This document shows, one piece after another, positions 8,067 through 16,311 of a stretch of DNA of 26,338 nt. Position 1 is the first letter of the stretch, and every line of letters starts with the position of its first letter. The stretch is from a virus (Duplodnaviria; Caudoviricetes), in IMG/VR virus record IMGVR_UViG_3300043399_000013, positions 1 through 26,338 of that record; one strand, written 5' to 3'. The notes under the pieces were generated by a model. The model made no database searches and was not told the origin of the DNA. It worked only from the letters and a program-made list of their open reading frames with translations. The position numbers and the translations under genes were made by a program.

Positions 8067-8120
8067 ATTTTTTCACCTCTGTTTTCCTTAAATTAATAGT
8101 GGCGTGTTTCCTCAAGACTA

Positions 8121-8129
8121 ATTATACAG
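8121..8129 (-). promoter_or_regulatory. -10 box (CTGTATAAT) upstream of the major tail gene
   Basis: Consensus TATAAT in the 68-bp intergenic gap; lacks an exact TGn extension. Confidence 0.55.
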
Positions 8130-8134
8130 GCTTT

Positions 8135-8650
8135 TTATGACAAATGATCTTCTATAGAGTCTGTTAAGTGGTATGTTGCATCAACAATAAATTCAGTTAT
8201 ATAATATGGCCGATTGCTAAAATCTCTAGATCTTGAAAATGAAGAATCTCCTGCTTGAAAAACTCTTAAATGATGAAAATAGACATTTGTTGGATTATTT
8301 TGTGATCTGTTCCAATCATTAATATCTTGGGCAGAATCATCCTGTCTGTCAAGAATATACTGAAGGGCCATCCCCCACTCAAACGTTTGCTCTTCTTTTC
8401 CCTTGACTGCATAAAGAATATGGTCCTTTTTTATATATGGAAATGGGGATGGCGTCATCTTTAGCATTCTGTCATATATAACATATGTTTTATTTTCCCA
8501 TGATTTTGTTCCGCTTGCTGAGTCACTCATTGGAAAAAACGGAATAGTGTTTCCGTATTTTTTTTGAAATGTTGGCTCAATCTGCTTCATCGTATCCCAC
8601 AAATATCCGTTAATGGTTAGTACTGGAAGAGTAAAATTTGAAAATGTCAT
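8135..8650 (-). CDS. Probable tail terminator / tail completion protein
   Basis: 171 aa immediately upstream of the tail tube; ATGA overlap with the previous gene. Function from synteny only. Confidence 0.6.
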   Translation of the reverse strand: MTFSNFTLPVLTINGYLWDTMKQIEPTFQKKYGNTIPFFPMSDSASGTKSWENKTYVIYDRMLKMTPSPFPYIKKDHILYAVKGKEEQTFEWGMALQYILDRQDDSAQDINDWNRSQNNPTNVYFHHLRVFQAGDSSFSRSRDFSNRPYYITEFIVDATYHLTDSIEDHLS

Positions 8651-9321
8651 TCTATAACAACTCCATCTGCTTTTAGATAATTCCTACCTGCCTTTATCCC
8701 TGTACTTCTTCCACCATGCCTTACTCCATTTGGAAAATTTTGAACGAATTCTTTTGGAGTATTTAATTTATTCATTAGTTGGGAAAGTACTGCTCCAGTT
8801 AGATATTGTGAGAAGAATTCTTCAATCAATCTACCAAAACTTCCAGCAACTTCATCTCCTCCAGGGTGTTCAATAAATATAGAATTCATAGTAAAGACTG
8901 TTTCCCCATTGTCTTTAAATACTAATGGACCATTTTTTGGTTCTATTGAAATAGATATTCCATCTTCCATTATTTTTGCTTTATCTACAAATGGCTCAGA
9001 AGATGTTTCAGCAGTTGATTTTGATTGTAAAAATTTTCCCTGAAAATGGATAACTCTTTTGCTTGCCCTTGACTTAATTTCAAAAAGCCTTCCACTTGGA
9101 TTGCCAATCATATTCCACTCATATATATGATGCAGAGATTGTGGATTTGCCTTTGCTTTTGAATCAATATATTTATTCAATATATCGACAATTGTTTCTC
9201 CGAGCACTTCATTAAAATATATTTGTTCTATATTTAGTCCATCTAAAAATCCATAGGAATATTTAACGGTATTTCCTAAAATTTGATTTACTTCTTTTGA
9301 GTCCATTCTAACACGAAACAT
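8647..9321 (-). CDS. Probable neck / tail completion protein
   Basis: 224 aa in the head-tail joining block; contains HHIYEW and IEHPGG motifs. Function from synteny. Confidence 0.55.
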   Translation of the reverse strand: MFRVRMDSKEVNQILGNTVKYSYGFLDGLNIEQIYFNEVLGETIVDILNKYIDSKAKANPQSLHHIYEWNMIGNPSGRLFEIKSRASKRVIHFQGKFLQSKSTAETSSEPFVDKAKIMEDGISISIEPKNGPLVFKDNGETVFTMNSIFIEHPGGDEVAGSFGRLIEEFFSQYLTGAVLSQLMNKLNTPKEFVQNFPNGVRHGGRSTGIKAGRNYLKADGVVIE

Positions 9322-9793
9322 TATTGCTTATCTCCTGTCGATCAGATCTCTCTAGTTGAATCTTATAATACTCAACACTATTAAATGGGCCAACGAATGG
9401 CTGACAGGTTTTTATTTCATATACTGTTGGCTTTCCCGCATACTCTCCATCTGTTTCAATGAAGAATGTTTCTGTGTTACACGTTGCCCCGCGAATATTT
9501 GTGACAAGTATATGAGATAGTGGATGATATAAACCAGTTGAATCTTGTCTTGGATCTGTGGCAAATCTGCCATAAAGCATTGTTTCTAGTTTAAAGAATC
9601 TTCCATCTTCAAATGAAAAGTTGTTGTCATTACTTTTATCACTTAATGTATAAAACGAACACTTTTCGATCATGTCAAATTCCCAACGCTTATCTATTTT
9701 TCCATATTGATCTTGTGATTCAGTTGCGTAATACAAATCACACTGCATTTGAAAAAATAGACTGGAGCAGACATTTGTTCCAAATAAAGCCAT
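9308..9793 (-). CDS. Probable head-closure (stopper) protein
   Basis: 161 aa after the adaptor. Beta-rich with QDQYGKIDKRW and terminal YYKIQLERS, as typical of stoppers. Confidence 0.6.
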   Translation of the reverse strand: MALFGTNVCSSLFFQMQCDLYYATESQDQYGKIDKRWEFDMIEKCSFYTLSDKSNDNNFSFEDGRFFKLETMLYGRFATDPRQDSTGLYHPLSHILVTNIRGATCNTETFFIETDGEYAGKPTVYEIKTCQPFVGPFNSVEYYKIQLERSDRQEISNNVSC

Positions 9794-10809
9794 TACAGCA
9801 CTCCCAGGCGGTAGATTGGACGAACATAAGCAGAAAGAATCTTATCTGCAATACGATTTCCAGTATCTTTAAATACCCTGTCATCAAACTTAAGCGTAAA
9901 CTGATCGCTCTTGTAATCCTTAATATATGAATTAATGTAAGGAATATTATTACACCTTAAATCATTCACAATGAGTTCTGTTGCCTGCTTAATGTCCTGA
10001 GGAATAACTGGCCAGCCAGCCTCTACAATGACAACATAATCCCAGCCAGATGGGAACATTGGAGATCCTCCAGCACCGTCAGCGAATATCTTTGTGTCAT
10101 ATGCCACATATTCGGAGAAGTTTGGTGAATCATTTGTATTATATAGTGTAAATGAATCTGATGCACCCTTGATCTTATATGGTGGCTTTGATTGTCTACG
10201 ATTGTACCCCGTTGTTCCTGGTACCTTTACGCTAATAGAACCTTTGTCTGGAGTGATGTAGTATTCTCTTGTGTTTGTCCAATTTGGATCTGTTGATTCT
10301 GTATCATATACAAGAATATCATTTTCCCATACCTGGACAACTTTACAAAGCCTAAATGGCAAAGCAAGATAGTCGTTGCCAAGCCCTACAGTTTCTACTG
10401 TTTGACGTTCGTATTTGAATCCGCCAGTAATAGAATTAATAATGGCACGAGCAATTGCCTCATACATTTCTGCATCCATTTGATCATCGGGAGTATCGGC
10501 AAGAAGGTCTGGATCTACATATGGACGCATAATGGTGATTGTGTCAATCCATACAAGGTCGCCTCTAAGTGCTGTTTCCTCTGGCGTAAGAGATAGATTA
10601 AAATAAACTTCTCCACGGTATTCTTCGTCATAACGAGAATAGTAGTCTGGCAAAGTTGTAGTGATGACACCCTCAGAATCACTAGTAACAAGAAATTCAT
10701 TTAACTCTTCATTATGGCTGTCCATAATAACAAGAACATAGGCAGTCTCAGGATTAAATCCTGGATGACTGAATGTTAGTGGAAATGGTTGTAATCTAGT
10801 GATTTCCAT
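9793..10809 (-). CDS. Probable head-to-tail adaptor with N-terminal extension
   Basis: 338 aa. C-terminal GWPVIPQDIKQATELIV...ADKILSAY resembles gp6/gp15-type adaptors; two genes downstream of the capsid. Confidence 0.68.
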   Translation of the reverse strand: MEITRLQPFPLTFSHPGFNPETAYVLVIMDSHNEELNEFLVTSDSEGVITTTLPDYYSRYDEEYRGEVYFNLSLTPEETALRGDLVWIDTITIMRPYVDPDLLADTPDDQMDAEMYEAIARAIINSITGGFKYERQTVETVGLGNDYLALPFRLCKVVQVWENDILVYDTESTDPNWTNTREYYITPDKGSISVKVPGTTGYNRRQSKPPYKIKGASDSFTLYNTNDSPNFSEYVAYDTKIFADGAGGSPMFPSGWDYVVIVEAGWPVIPQDIKQATELIVNDLRCNNIPYINSYIKDYKSDQFTLKFDDRVFKDTGNRIADKILSAYVRPIYRLGVL

Positions 10810-10812
10810 TTA

Positions 10813-11304
10813 TTATTTGCTGTAATAGGTGGCAACTTCTTCTGGGGTAGCCTCACGAATACCCTGTCTTGTCAACCACTTTTCAGCAGCCTCCTTTGTC
10901 ACAATATTATAACCCTTAGAAAGTTCGCCAACGCCAGTCCAACGAATGTTCTTGGATGACCATACAGCGACCTTCTCTGAGTCTACTTCCTTCTTTACTG
11001 TCTTAGCAGAGGCAGTTGGAGCATTCTTTAGCGCACTATCTGCGGCATGTGATCCAACAATTCCACTTTCATTCTTTGTATGCATGTTTGACATTCTTGG
11101 TGCCCTAGACTTCTTGGGAGCAGCAATAACCTTCTGTCCCTCGTCATTTTCAACAATTTGCTCGCCAATAGATACATTTTCTACTGGAAGTTCTTCTGCA
11201 ACCTTTTCAGTCCTTGGCTTGCGCGACTTCTTTACTGTTTCAACAACAACATCAGCAACTGCCTCTGGTGCATCCACAGTTTCTTCTACGACTGAATTTT
11301 CCAT
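10813..11304 (-). CDS. Hypothetical protein with low-complexity N-terminus and compact C-terminal domain
   Basis: 163 aa, AAGGGT SD, own extended -10. E/V/K-rich N-terminal region, then KVAVWSSKNIRWTGVGELSKGYNIVTKEAAEKWLT. Confidence 0.75.
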   Translation of the reverse strand: MENSVVEETVDAPEAVADVVVETVKKSRKPRTEKVAEELPVENVSIGEQIVENDEGQKVIAAPKKSRAPRMSNMHTKNESGIVGSHAADSALKNAPTASAKTVKKEVDSEKVAVWSSKNIRWTGVGELSKGYNIVTKEAAEKWLTRQGIREATPEEVATYYSK

Positions 11305-11328
11305 AATAAATACCCTTCTCTTATTGCA

Positions 11329-11337
11329 ATTATATCA
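11329..11337 (-). promoter_or_regulatory. Extended -10 promoter (TGATATAAT)
   Basis: Exact consensus, intergenic, right after the capsid terminator. Confidence 0.7.
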
Positions 11338-11340
11338 TCA

Positions 11341-11370
11341 AATAAGAAAGGGGGCCACTTTCGTGGCCCC
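11341..11370 (-). terminator. Intrinsic terminator after the major capsid gene
   Basis: GGGGCCAC-GAAA-GTGGCCCC then CTTTCTTATT: 8-bp stem, GNRA loop, U-rich tail. Confidence 0.88.
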
Positions 11371-11393
11371 ACAATCTTATTGTTTAGAACTTA

Positions 11394-12518
11394 TCATGAT
11401 ACTGGGATTGAAGCATCAACGAATGCAACAGCATCTAGTTCTTCCCATGTTAGGCCGAAACGGACAAAGATGGTGTACTCAATTGTATCCTTCTTTGGCT
11501 TGTACTCACGGTTCACAGTGATATCGCGCTGGAAGCCCCAAACGCGGTTCTGTGGGAATGTGAGATCGACATAATCAGCAGGGTAGTAAGGAACTTCCTG
11601 AACATCAATGCCAAGCACGCGAGTGGTACGAGCGCCACCAAATGTCTGGCCAGCGCCACCTAGGTACGCATTGCGGTAATCCTGTGTACGGAATGCCTCT
11701 GCAATAGCGTCACCAAGTGTGCCGTTCTGTGAAACGATGTTTGCGAAAACATCTGTTCCAGCATAGAACTTAAGGCCGCTCTTGATTGCGCGGTACTTGC
11801 GTGGGAGAGCATAGATAACTTCCTGCATGACGGCTGGTGTGTAACCGTTTGTAAGGTCAACAACTGCTTCATGAGCATCGCCAGAAGTCTTTACCTGATA
11901 AGCAAAGCCCTCCATAATGCCGAGGAATGGATCTACACCTCCATCGCCATTGATAGCAAGATCTTCGATGTCGTTACCAAATGCATTGGTCATCAAACGA
12001 ACAAGATGATCTTCTAGTGCTGCACCCTCAACGTTGTCTTCAAGGGCTTCAGTTGAAACTTCCCAATCCAAACGGATCTTCTTTGTGGTAAGTTCAACCT
12101 TTGTGAATGTTGCACCAGCATTTGTATACTCACCTAGAGCCTGTGAAGCAGCGCGAATAACACGCTCTCCAACGTTAACCTTCTCAAGTTCAATCGTGTT
12201 TGCACGCATTGTAACTCTACGGCCATCTTGGGCGAGAACTGTTGCGTCCCAAACATAGTCGATAAAACGACGAGCCTGTTCGGGATTTAGGATACCACCA
12301 GGGACACCGACTGGGTTAACAGCGTTTGGTCCATCAAATGATCCCATATTTGCAGTTGGAATAACACCTGGGGTTCCCCAGGGATCTCCACCTTCAACTC
12401 CTGGAACATCACCAATGCCGAGGTTAGCAACAGCGCCCTGACCCTGGTATAGACCTGGGTTTGGATCACCGTAAGCACCTTCTGAACTTGGTTGGTTCTT
12501 TAGAATTTCTTCTGCCAT
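11394..12518 (-). CDS. Major capsid protein (HK97 fold), 374 aa
   Basis: Start reassigned to ATG 12518 (MAEEILKNQ) behind the strong SD AGGAGGTG. Motifs GGILNPEQARRFIDY, LEDNVEG, FGNDIEDLAINGD. Follows the protease/scaffold and precedes a terminator. Confidence 0.93.
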   Translation of the reverse strand: MAEEILKNQPSSEGAYGDPNPGLYQGQGAVANLGIGDVPGVEGGDPWGTPGVIPTANMGSFDGPNAVNPVGVPGGILNPEQARRFIDYVWDATVLAQDGRRVTMRANTIELEKVNVGERVIRAASQALGEYTNAGATFTKVELTTKKIRLDWEVSTEALEDNVEGAALEDHLVRLMTNAFGNDIEDLAINGDGGVDPFLGIMEGFAYQVKTSGDAHEAVVDLTNGYTPAVMQEVIYALPRKYRAIKSGLKFYAGTDVFANIVSQNGTLGDAIAEAFRTQDYRNAYLGGAGQTFGGARTTRVLGIDVQEVPYYPADYVDLTFPQNRVWGFQRDITVNREYKPKKDTIEYTIFVRFGLTWEELDAVAFVDASIPVS

Positions 12519-12545
12519 TTTGACTTTCACCTCCTGTGTTTTTGT

Positions 12546-13163
12546 TTATCTAAATAGGTCGGCTGAATTGAGGAAACGACCGCCCCATGAAGAAGCCATT
12601 GACTTCTCCATTATTACTGGTTCTTCCTGCAAGATCTCGCCAAGATCAGCAGACTTACGGAAAGCGGTGTCCTTTTCCACAGCATCCACACGCTTTCCAA
12701 AACTATCCTTTACACCTTCTACTTCGCTAGAAATCCCAGCAACCGCCTTGTTAATGCCTTCAATCTTGGCATCAAGAGCCTTTACTGTTTCTGCAAGAGT
12801 GGAAAGTGTTGATGATAGAGAATCATTAATCTCCTTAATCATCTTCACAGTTGCGTTAACGTCCTCTTCGCTAACTACCGCTGGTGAATCGACGGCCTTG
12901 CGAGAATTGACTGATGAAGCCGCGCCGCCTGCTTCTGCATCGGATGCATCTTCAGCGAACTTGTCAACTTCCTCCTTCATATCCTCTTCCATCTCATCTT
13001 CTTCCTTGTCTTCTGATTCGATTTCAATCTCTACTGCCTTGTCCATAGCGACATTGGCTGCTTCGTTTGCGGTATCGGAAGGATTCTTCTGATCTTCTGA
13101 ATCAGTGCCAGGGAAGTCCATGCTCTTCTCAATTTCATCTACAACAATGATATCTGAGTCCAT
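12546..13163 (-). CDS. Probable nested in-frame scaffold protein (205 aa)
   Basis: AAGGAGGT-7 nt-ATG (MDSDIIVVDEIEKS) inside the protease ORF, in frame, exactly where the acidic scaffold-like sequence begins. Confidence 0.7.
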   Translation of the reverse strand: MDSDIIVVDEIEKSMDFPGTDSEDQKNPSDTANEAANVAMDKAVEIEIESEDKEEDEMEEDMKEEVDKFAEDASDAEAGGAASSVNSRKAVDSPAVVSEEDVNATVKMIKEINDSLSSTLSTLAETVKALDAKIEGINKAVAGISSEVEGVKDSFGKRVDAVEKDTAFRKSADLGEILQEEPVIMEKSMASSWGGRFLNSADLFR

Positions 13164-14162
13164 CTTGCTTACCTCCTTTACCTCTGATTTACTAATCGCA
13201 TTAACCTTTTCTAATGAAGAAATATTTTTAATAACGCGACAATTTGTTGGTACTATTATACCTGAATTTTGTGAGTATTTCTTAATAATCACAACTGGAT
13301 CATCTGACTTCGCCATCACCGCTACTTCTTCAGATGAAAGTCTTGCGCCACCCTTATACACAATCTGCTGAACACGACCATAATATCCATCAACAAGAAC
13401 ATAGTCACCCTCATCGATATCCTTCATGATTTCAATTCTCTTGATGCTCTTGATAATGCCCTTGACTGTTGATGCCTTGTCAACATCGTTGCTCTCAACA
13501 AATCCGATATTTGACATTGCCTTATCGCATTGTGGACATGCGCGATTTTCAGAATATGACATTTGAATAATGTCATCCTTGCGGCACCAGAAAATATTTT
13601 CAATAGTTGCCTTGGAAAGATAGCCGTTCATCTTATCTGAACCATCTACCTTTTCAATAGAAATAACATTAGCAAATTGATTTGCTGGATTATCGACAAG
13701 GGAAAGTTCGCTTAGTCTATATTCCTTGATAACACGATAAGCCTTATTCATATCCTCGTCAAATACGTCTTCTGCATCATCAATTTCCCCACCAATTGAA
13801 AAACCAGTAAGCGTCTTATCAAGAACCTTTTCCCAAGTATCCTGAGCACCCTTACTTACATATGCAGAAACATAAACACCATTATAGAACTTGCCGCTCT
13901 CTTCATCGTAATACTTTTCTGGCTTAAATGAAACTACTTTGCCAACAGCAATTGGCTGGTGCATTTCTCTGAGATTATTTCTAAAATTAGAAAACGCACG
14001 AATTGATGCTTCCGCATCTACTTTATCATTTTGACGATCAAGATTATCCAAAGTAGCGAAACCATGAACCATTCTTTTTTCTACATCGATTTTTGTAATA
14101 GGAGTAGAAAAATGAATAGCGTTTCCACTAATAGCCGCTTTTGTTTCTGCGTACTTATGCAT
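12546..14162 (-). CDS. Prohead (maturation) protease fused to scaffold
   Basis: HK97-type protease motifs GFATLDNLDRQND, LREMHQ (His), GFSIGG (Ser), LSELSLVDNPAN; acidic, coiled-coil C-terminus. Start at 14162 preferred (AAGGA upstream); 14174 possible. Confidence 0.9.
   Translation of the reverse strand: MHKYAETKAAISGNAIHFSTPITKIDVEKRMVHGFATLDNLDRQNDKVDAEASIRAFSNFRNNLREMHQPIAVGKVVSFKPEKYYDEESGKFYNGVYVSAYVSKGAQDTWEKVLDKTLTGFSIGGEIDDAEDVFDEDMNKAYRVIKEYRLSELSLVDNPANQFANVISIEKVDGSDKMNGYLSKATIENIFWCRKDDIIQMSYSENRACPQCDKAMSNIGFVESNDVDKASTVKGIIKSIKRIEIMKDIDEGDYVLVDGYYGRVQQIVYKGGARLSSEEVAVMAKSDDPVVIIKKYSQNSGIIVPTNCRVIKNISSLEKVNAISKSEVKEVSKMDSDIIVVDEIEKSMDFPGTDSEDQKNPSDTANEAANVAMDKAVEIEIESEDKEEDEMEEDMKEEVDKFAEDASDAEAGGAASSVNSRKAVDSPAVVSEEDVNATVKMIKEINDSLSSTLSTLAETVKALDAKIEGINKAVAGISSEVEGVKDSFGKRVDAVEKDTAFRKSADLGEILQEEPVIMEKSMASSWGGRFLNSADLFR
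13255..13263 (-). promoter_or_regulatory. Possible intragenic -10 box (AGGTATAAT) serving scaffold and capsid
   Basis: TATAAT ~90 nt upstream of the internal start; could be chance in AT-rich DNA. Confidence 0.4.
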
Positions 14163-14197
14163 AATGTAAAACATCCTTTATACTCATACCATTCCCC

Positions 14198-14206
14198 ATT
14201 ATACTA
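14198..14206 (-). promoter_or_regulatory. -10 box (TAGTATAAT) upstream of the protease
   Basis: Consensus TATAAT in the portal-protease gap. Confidence 0.55.
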
Positions 14207-14227
14207 TAATTTTTTGTAACAATTTCG

Positions 14228-15901
14228 TTACGATGTTTTACTGCCTTCGCCCTTTGGATTTCTACCAGAAACTGCTCCTGGGCCATCGGACTGATTGTTT
14301 GATCTTTCTGTATCTCTTGCTCTATTTTGTGCTGTATTGGCACGAGCATCCGCTGCTTGTCTTGCAGTCATCTCCATAGGGTCATCGCCACCATCTCTTT
14401 GTGGATACCCGATCTTTTCACGAGCCTCATTTGGAACAAGAATCTTATTCTTAACATAACGTTCAAGAATCTGAGATTCAGCAATCTCATCAGTAAGAGA
14501 AACCTGATTGAAGATAAGTTCTACAACATCAGTCTTTTCCCTTATAATCTTATTAATTGCCTTAGCGACATATTCTTGTAATGGTTTAGCAACTTGATCA
14601 CGGAAAGTTCTGTCTTGTGTCATAGCAGCAGAAAGACTTGCATCTATGCCGCCAAGTTTTGATAGTGGAACCTGATGTGCCATAAGAATATCATCACGAT
14701 TACGCTCACGATACTTATCGAAGGAAGCCTCTTGCACGCCATTTTCAATTGGATGCATTTCAAACTCAATCTTACTACCTTCAGCATCGCCAGGAAGTGG
14801 GATGTAGAGTGTTCTGTGTGACTGCCCCTTGAGTCCTGTTTGGAAGAATCTGAACAACTTGTCTTCAGCCTCTGGCGTCAACTTAGCGCCTTTGACTGTA
14901 ATAATGTATCTTGGAACAGCCTTATTCTCAAAGTAGTCGATATTGTATTGCTGTGCCATCTGATCGCCACGCAGTGCTGGCATAGCAGCAACAATGTCTG
15001 GTACGCCATAGAAGGTATTAAGTGGTGAATATTCCTTAAGGTGAATTACCTCGTTTGGACGGGGATCAACAGTTACTGGATTTGGATTCTTTGCTCCAAA
15101 ATTACGGAAATAAGTAATTGTTCCAGCAATGATTTGAATGTATCCGTCATGTAGACGACGAACACGCATTGTTGTTGCTGGAATATGTCCAATGTAACCA
15201 ATATCTCCAGCAACTGTGCGACCAATTTCAATGTAACCATTTCCAGTTGCCTGCATATCTGTGACAACCTTCTCTAATGTCTTAGTAAGGCTTTCATCAT
15301 CATTACAGCCATCAATCCATGCCGCCAGTTCCATCTTGAGTCTTTCGATACGCCTCTTGGCAGCATTTCTACGCTTATCATCCTCAATGGATGCTAGTTT
15401 CATCACTGTGGTCTGATTCATTTCAAAACGATAGCCAAGGCCAACAGTATTGGAAACCTTTGTATCAACTGCCGCGTGATTTGCAAATGATGTGTCATAA
15501 AATGCAGATAGTTCATAAAGATTATATGGGGGAGTAATGAGGTCAAAGATACCGTATCCGTTACGATACACCTGACCTGGATTGATTCGCTTTGATCCAA
15601 CATTATGTTCTGCGTTCTGGCCAATAGCGCGAGCATCTGAAAGGTATTGACGAGAAATCTGACCATCTGGATCGCGTGGTACTTGGTTGACTACCAAACT
15701 CTGTGCTCCAGTTGATGCACCTGACATTCCTGGGGGAACAGCCTTAGAAACATTTCTAGTTACTCTACGCTTAAAATTTTTGTCTAGGCCACGCAAACCC
15801 ACAAGATCATCCCAACTCTTATTGAATGGGTCTAGGTTAGCAAATTCATTTTCAATGATTTGCTCTGCCATTTTTGCATCAATAAGAATTTCCTGATCCA
15901 T
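14228..15901 (-). CDS. Portal protein
   Basis: 557 aa with portal motifs ATGNGYIEI, EVIHLKEYSPLNTFYGVP, YFENKAVP, ILMAHQVP, PNEAREKIG; directly upstream of the protease. Confidence 0.93.
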   Translation of the reverse strand: MDQEILIDAKMAEQIIENEFANLDPFNKSWDDLVGLRGLDKNFKRRVTRNVSKAVPPGMSGASTGAQSLVVNQVPRDPDGQISRQYLSDARAIGQNAEHNVGSKRINPGQVYRNGYGIFDLITPPYNLYELSAFYDTSFANHAAVDTKVSNTVGLGYRFEMNQTTVMKLASIEDDKRRNAAKRRIERLKMELAAWIDGCNDDESLTKTLEKVVTDMQATGNGYIEIGRTVAGDIGYIGHIPATTMRVRRLHDGYIQIIAGTITYFRNFGAKNPNPVTVDPRPNEVIHLKEYSPLNTFYGVPDIVAAMPALRGDQMAQQYNIDYFENKAVPRYIITVKGAKLTPEAEDKLFRFFQTGLKGQSHRTLYIPLPGDAEGSKIEFEMHPIENGVQEASFDKYRERNRDDILMAHQVPLSKLGGIDASLSAAMTQDRTFRDQVAKPLQEYVAKAINKIIREKTDVVELIFNQVSLTDEIAESQILERYVKNKILVPNEAREKIGYPQRDGGDDPMEMTARQAADARANTAQNRARDTERSNNQSDGPGAVSGRNPKGEGSKTS

Positions 15902-16293
15902 TATTCAGCATCTCCATAAAGTTCTAGCGACTTCTTAGCCGCAGCGACAGCGCCAATATCATTGAGTGAAGGAATAAGCCCTTGGTCAAGGCGGTCAAGT
16001 TGTTCCTGATATTCGTCATCTGTTGCACGATTAACACCAGCATAGAACCACGGCTTGCCCTCTGGTTGACCATAGTGTGCCGCAGCCTGACGAAGTTTCA
16101 TTATTTGGCCAAGATCGTCCTTGATTGATGGGATATTCAATAGTCTTCCCTCTTCATCCTTAAAAAGGTGTCCATCTGGTAACTGCCAGAAGTATAATCC
16201 CCATTCATACCCAAAATGCTTACGCTGTGCATCACCAGTATTCATTACTGTGAGTTTGCTTTTACCAAGAGTTGGACGTTTGCGATTGCTCAT
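15901..16293 (-). CDS. Hypothetical protein translationally coupled to portal
   Basis: 130 aa, basic N-terminus; TAATG overlap with portal; likely leaderless start. Confidence 0.8.
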   Translation of the reverse strand: MSNRKRPTLGKSKLTVMNTGDAQRKHFGYEWGLYFWQLPDGHLFKDEEGRLLNIPSIKDDLGQIMKLRQAAAHYGQPEGKPWFYAGVNRATDDEYQEQLDRLDQGLIPSLNDIGAVAAAKKSLELYGDAE

Positions 16294-16300
16294 GTACCTA

Positions 16301-16309
16301 ATTGTACCA
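16301..16309 (-). promoter_or_regulatory. Extended -10 (TGGTACAAT), leaderless configuration
   Basis: 7 nt between the -10 and the ATG at 16293. Confidence 0.65.
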
Positions 16310-16311
16310 GA

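Noticed and set aside
10946-13371. Plus-strand ORFs 10946..11521, 12034..12258, 12520..13092, 13105..13371
   Set aside because: Antisense to well-supported head genes; S/T/F-rich mirror composition.
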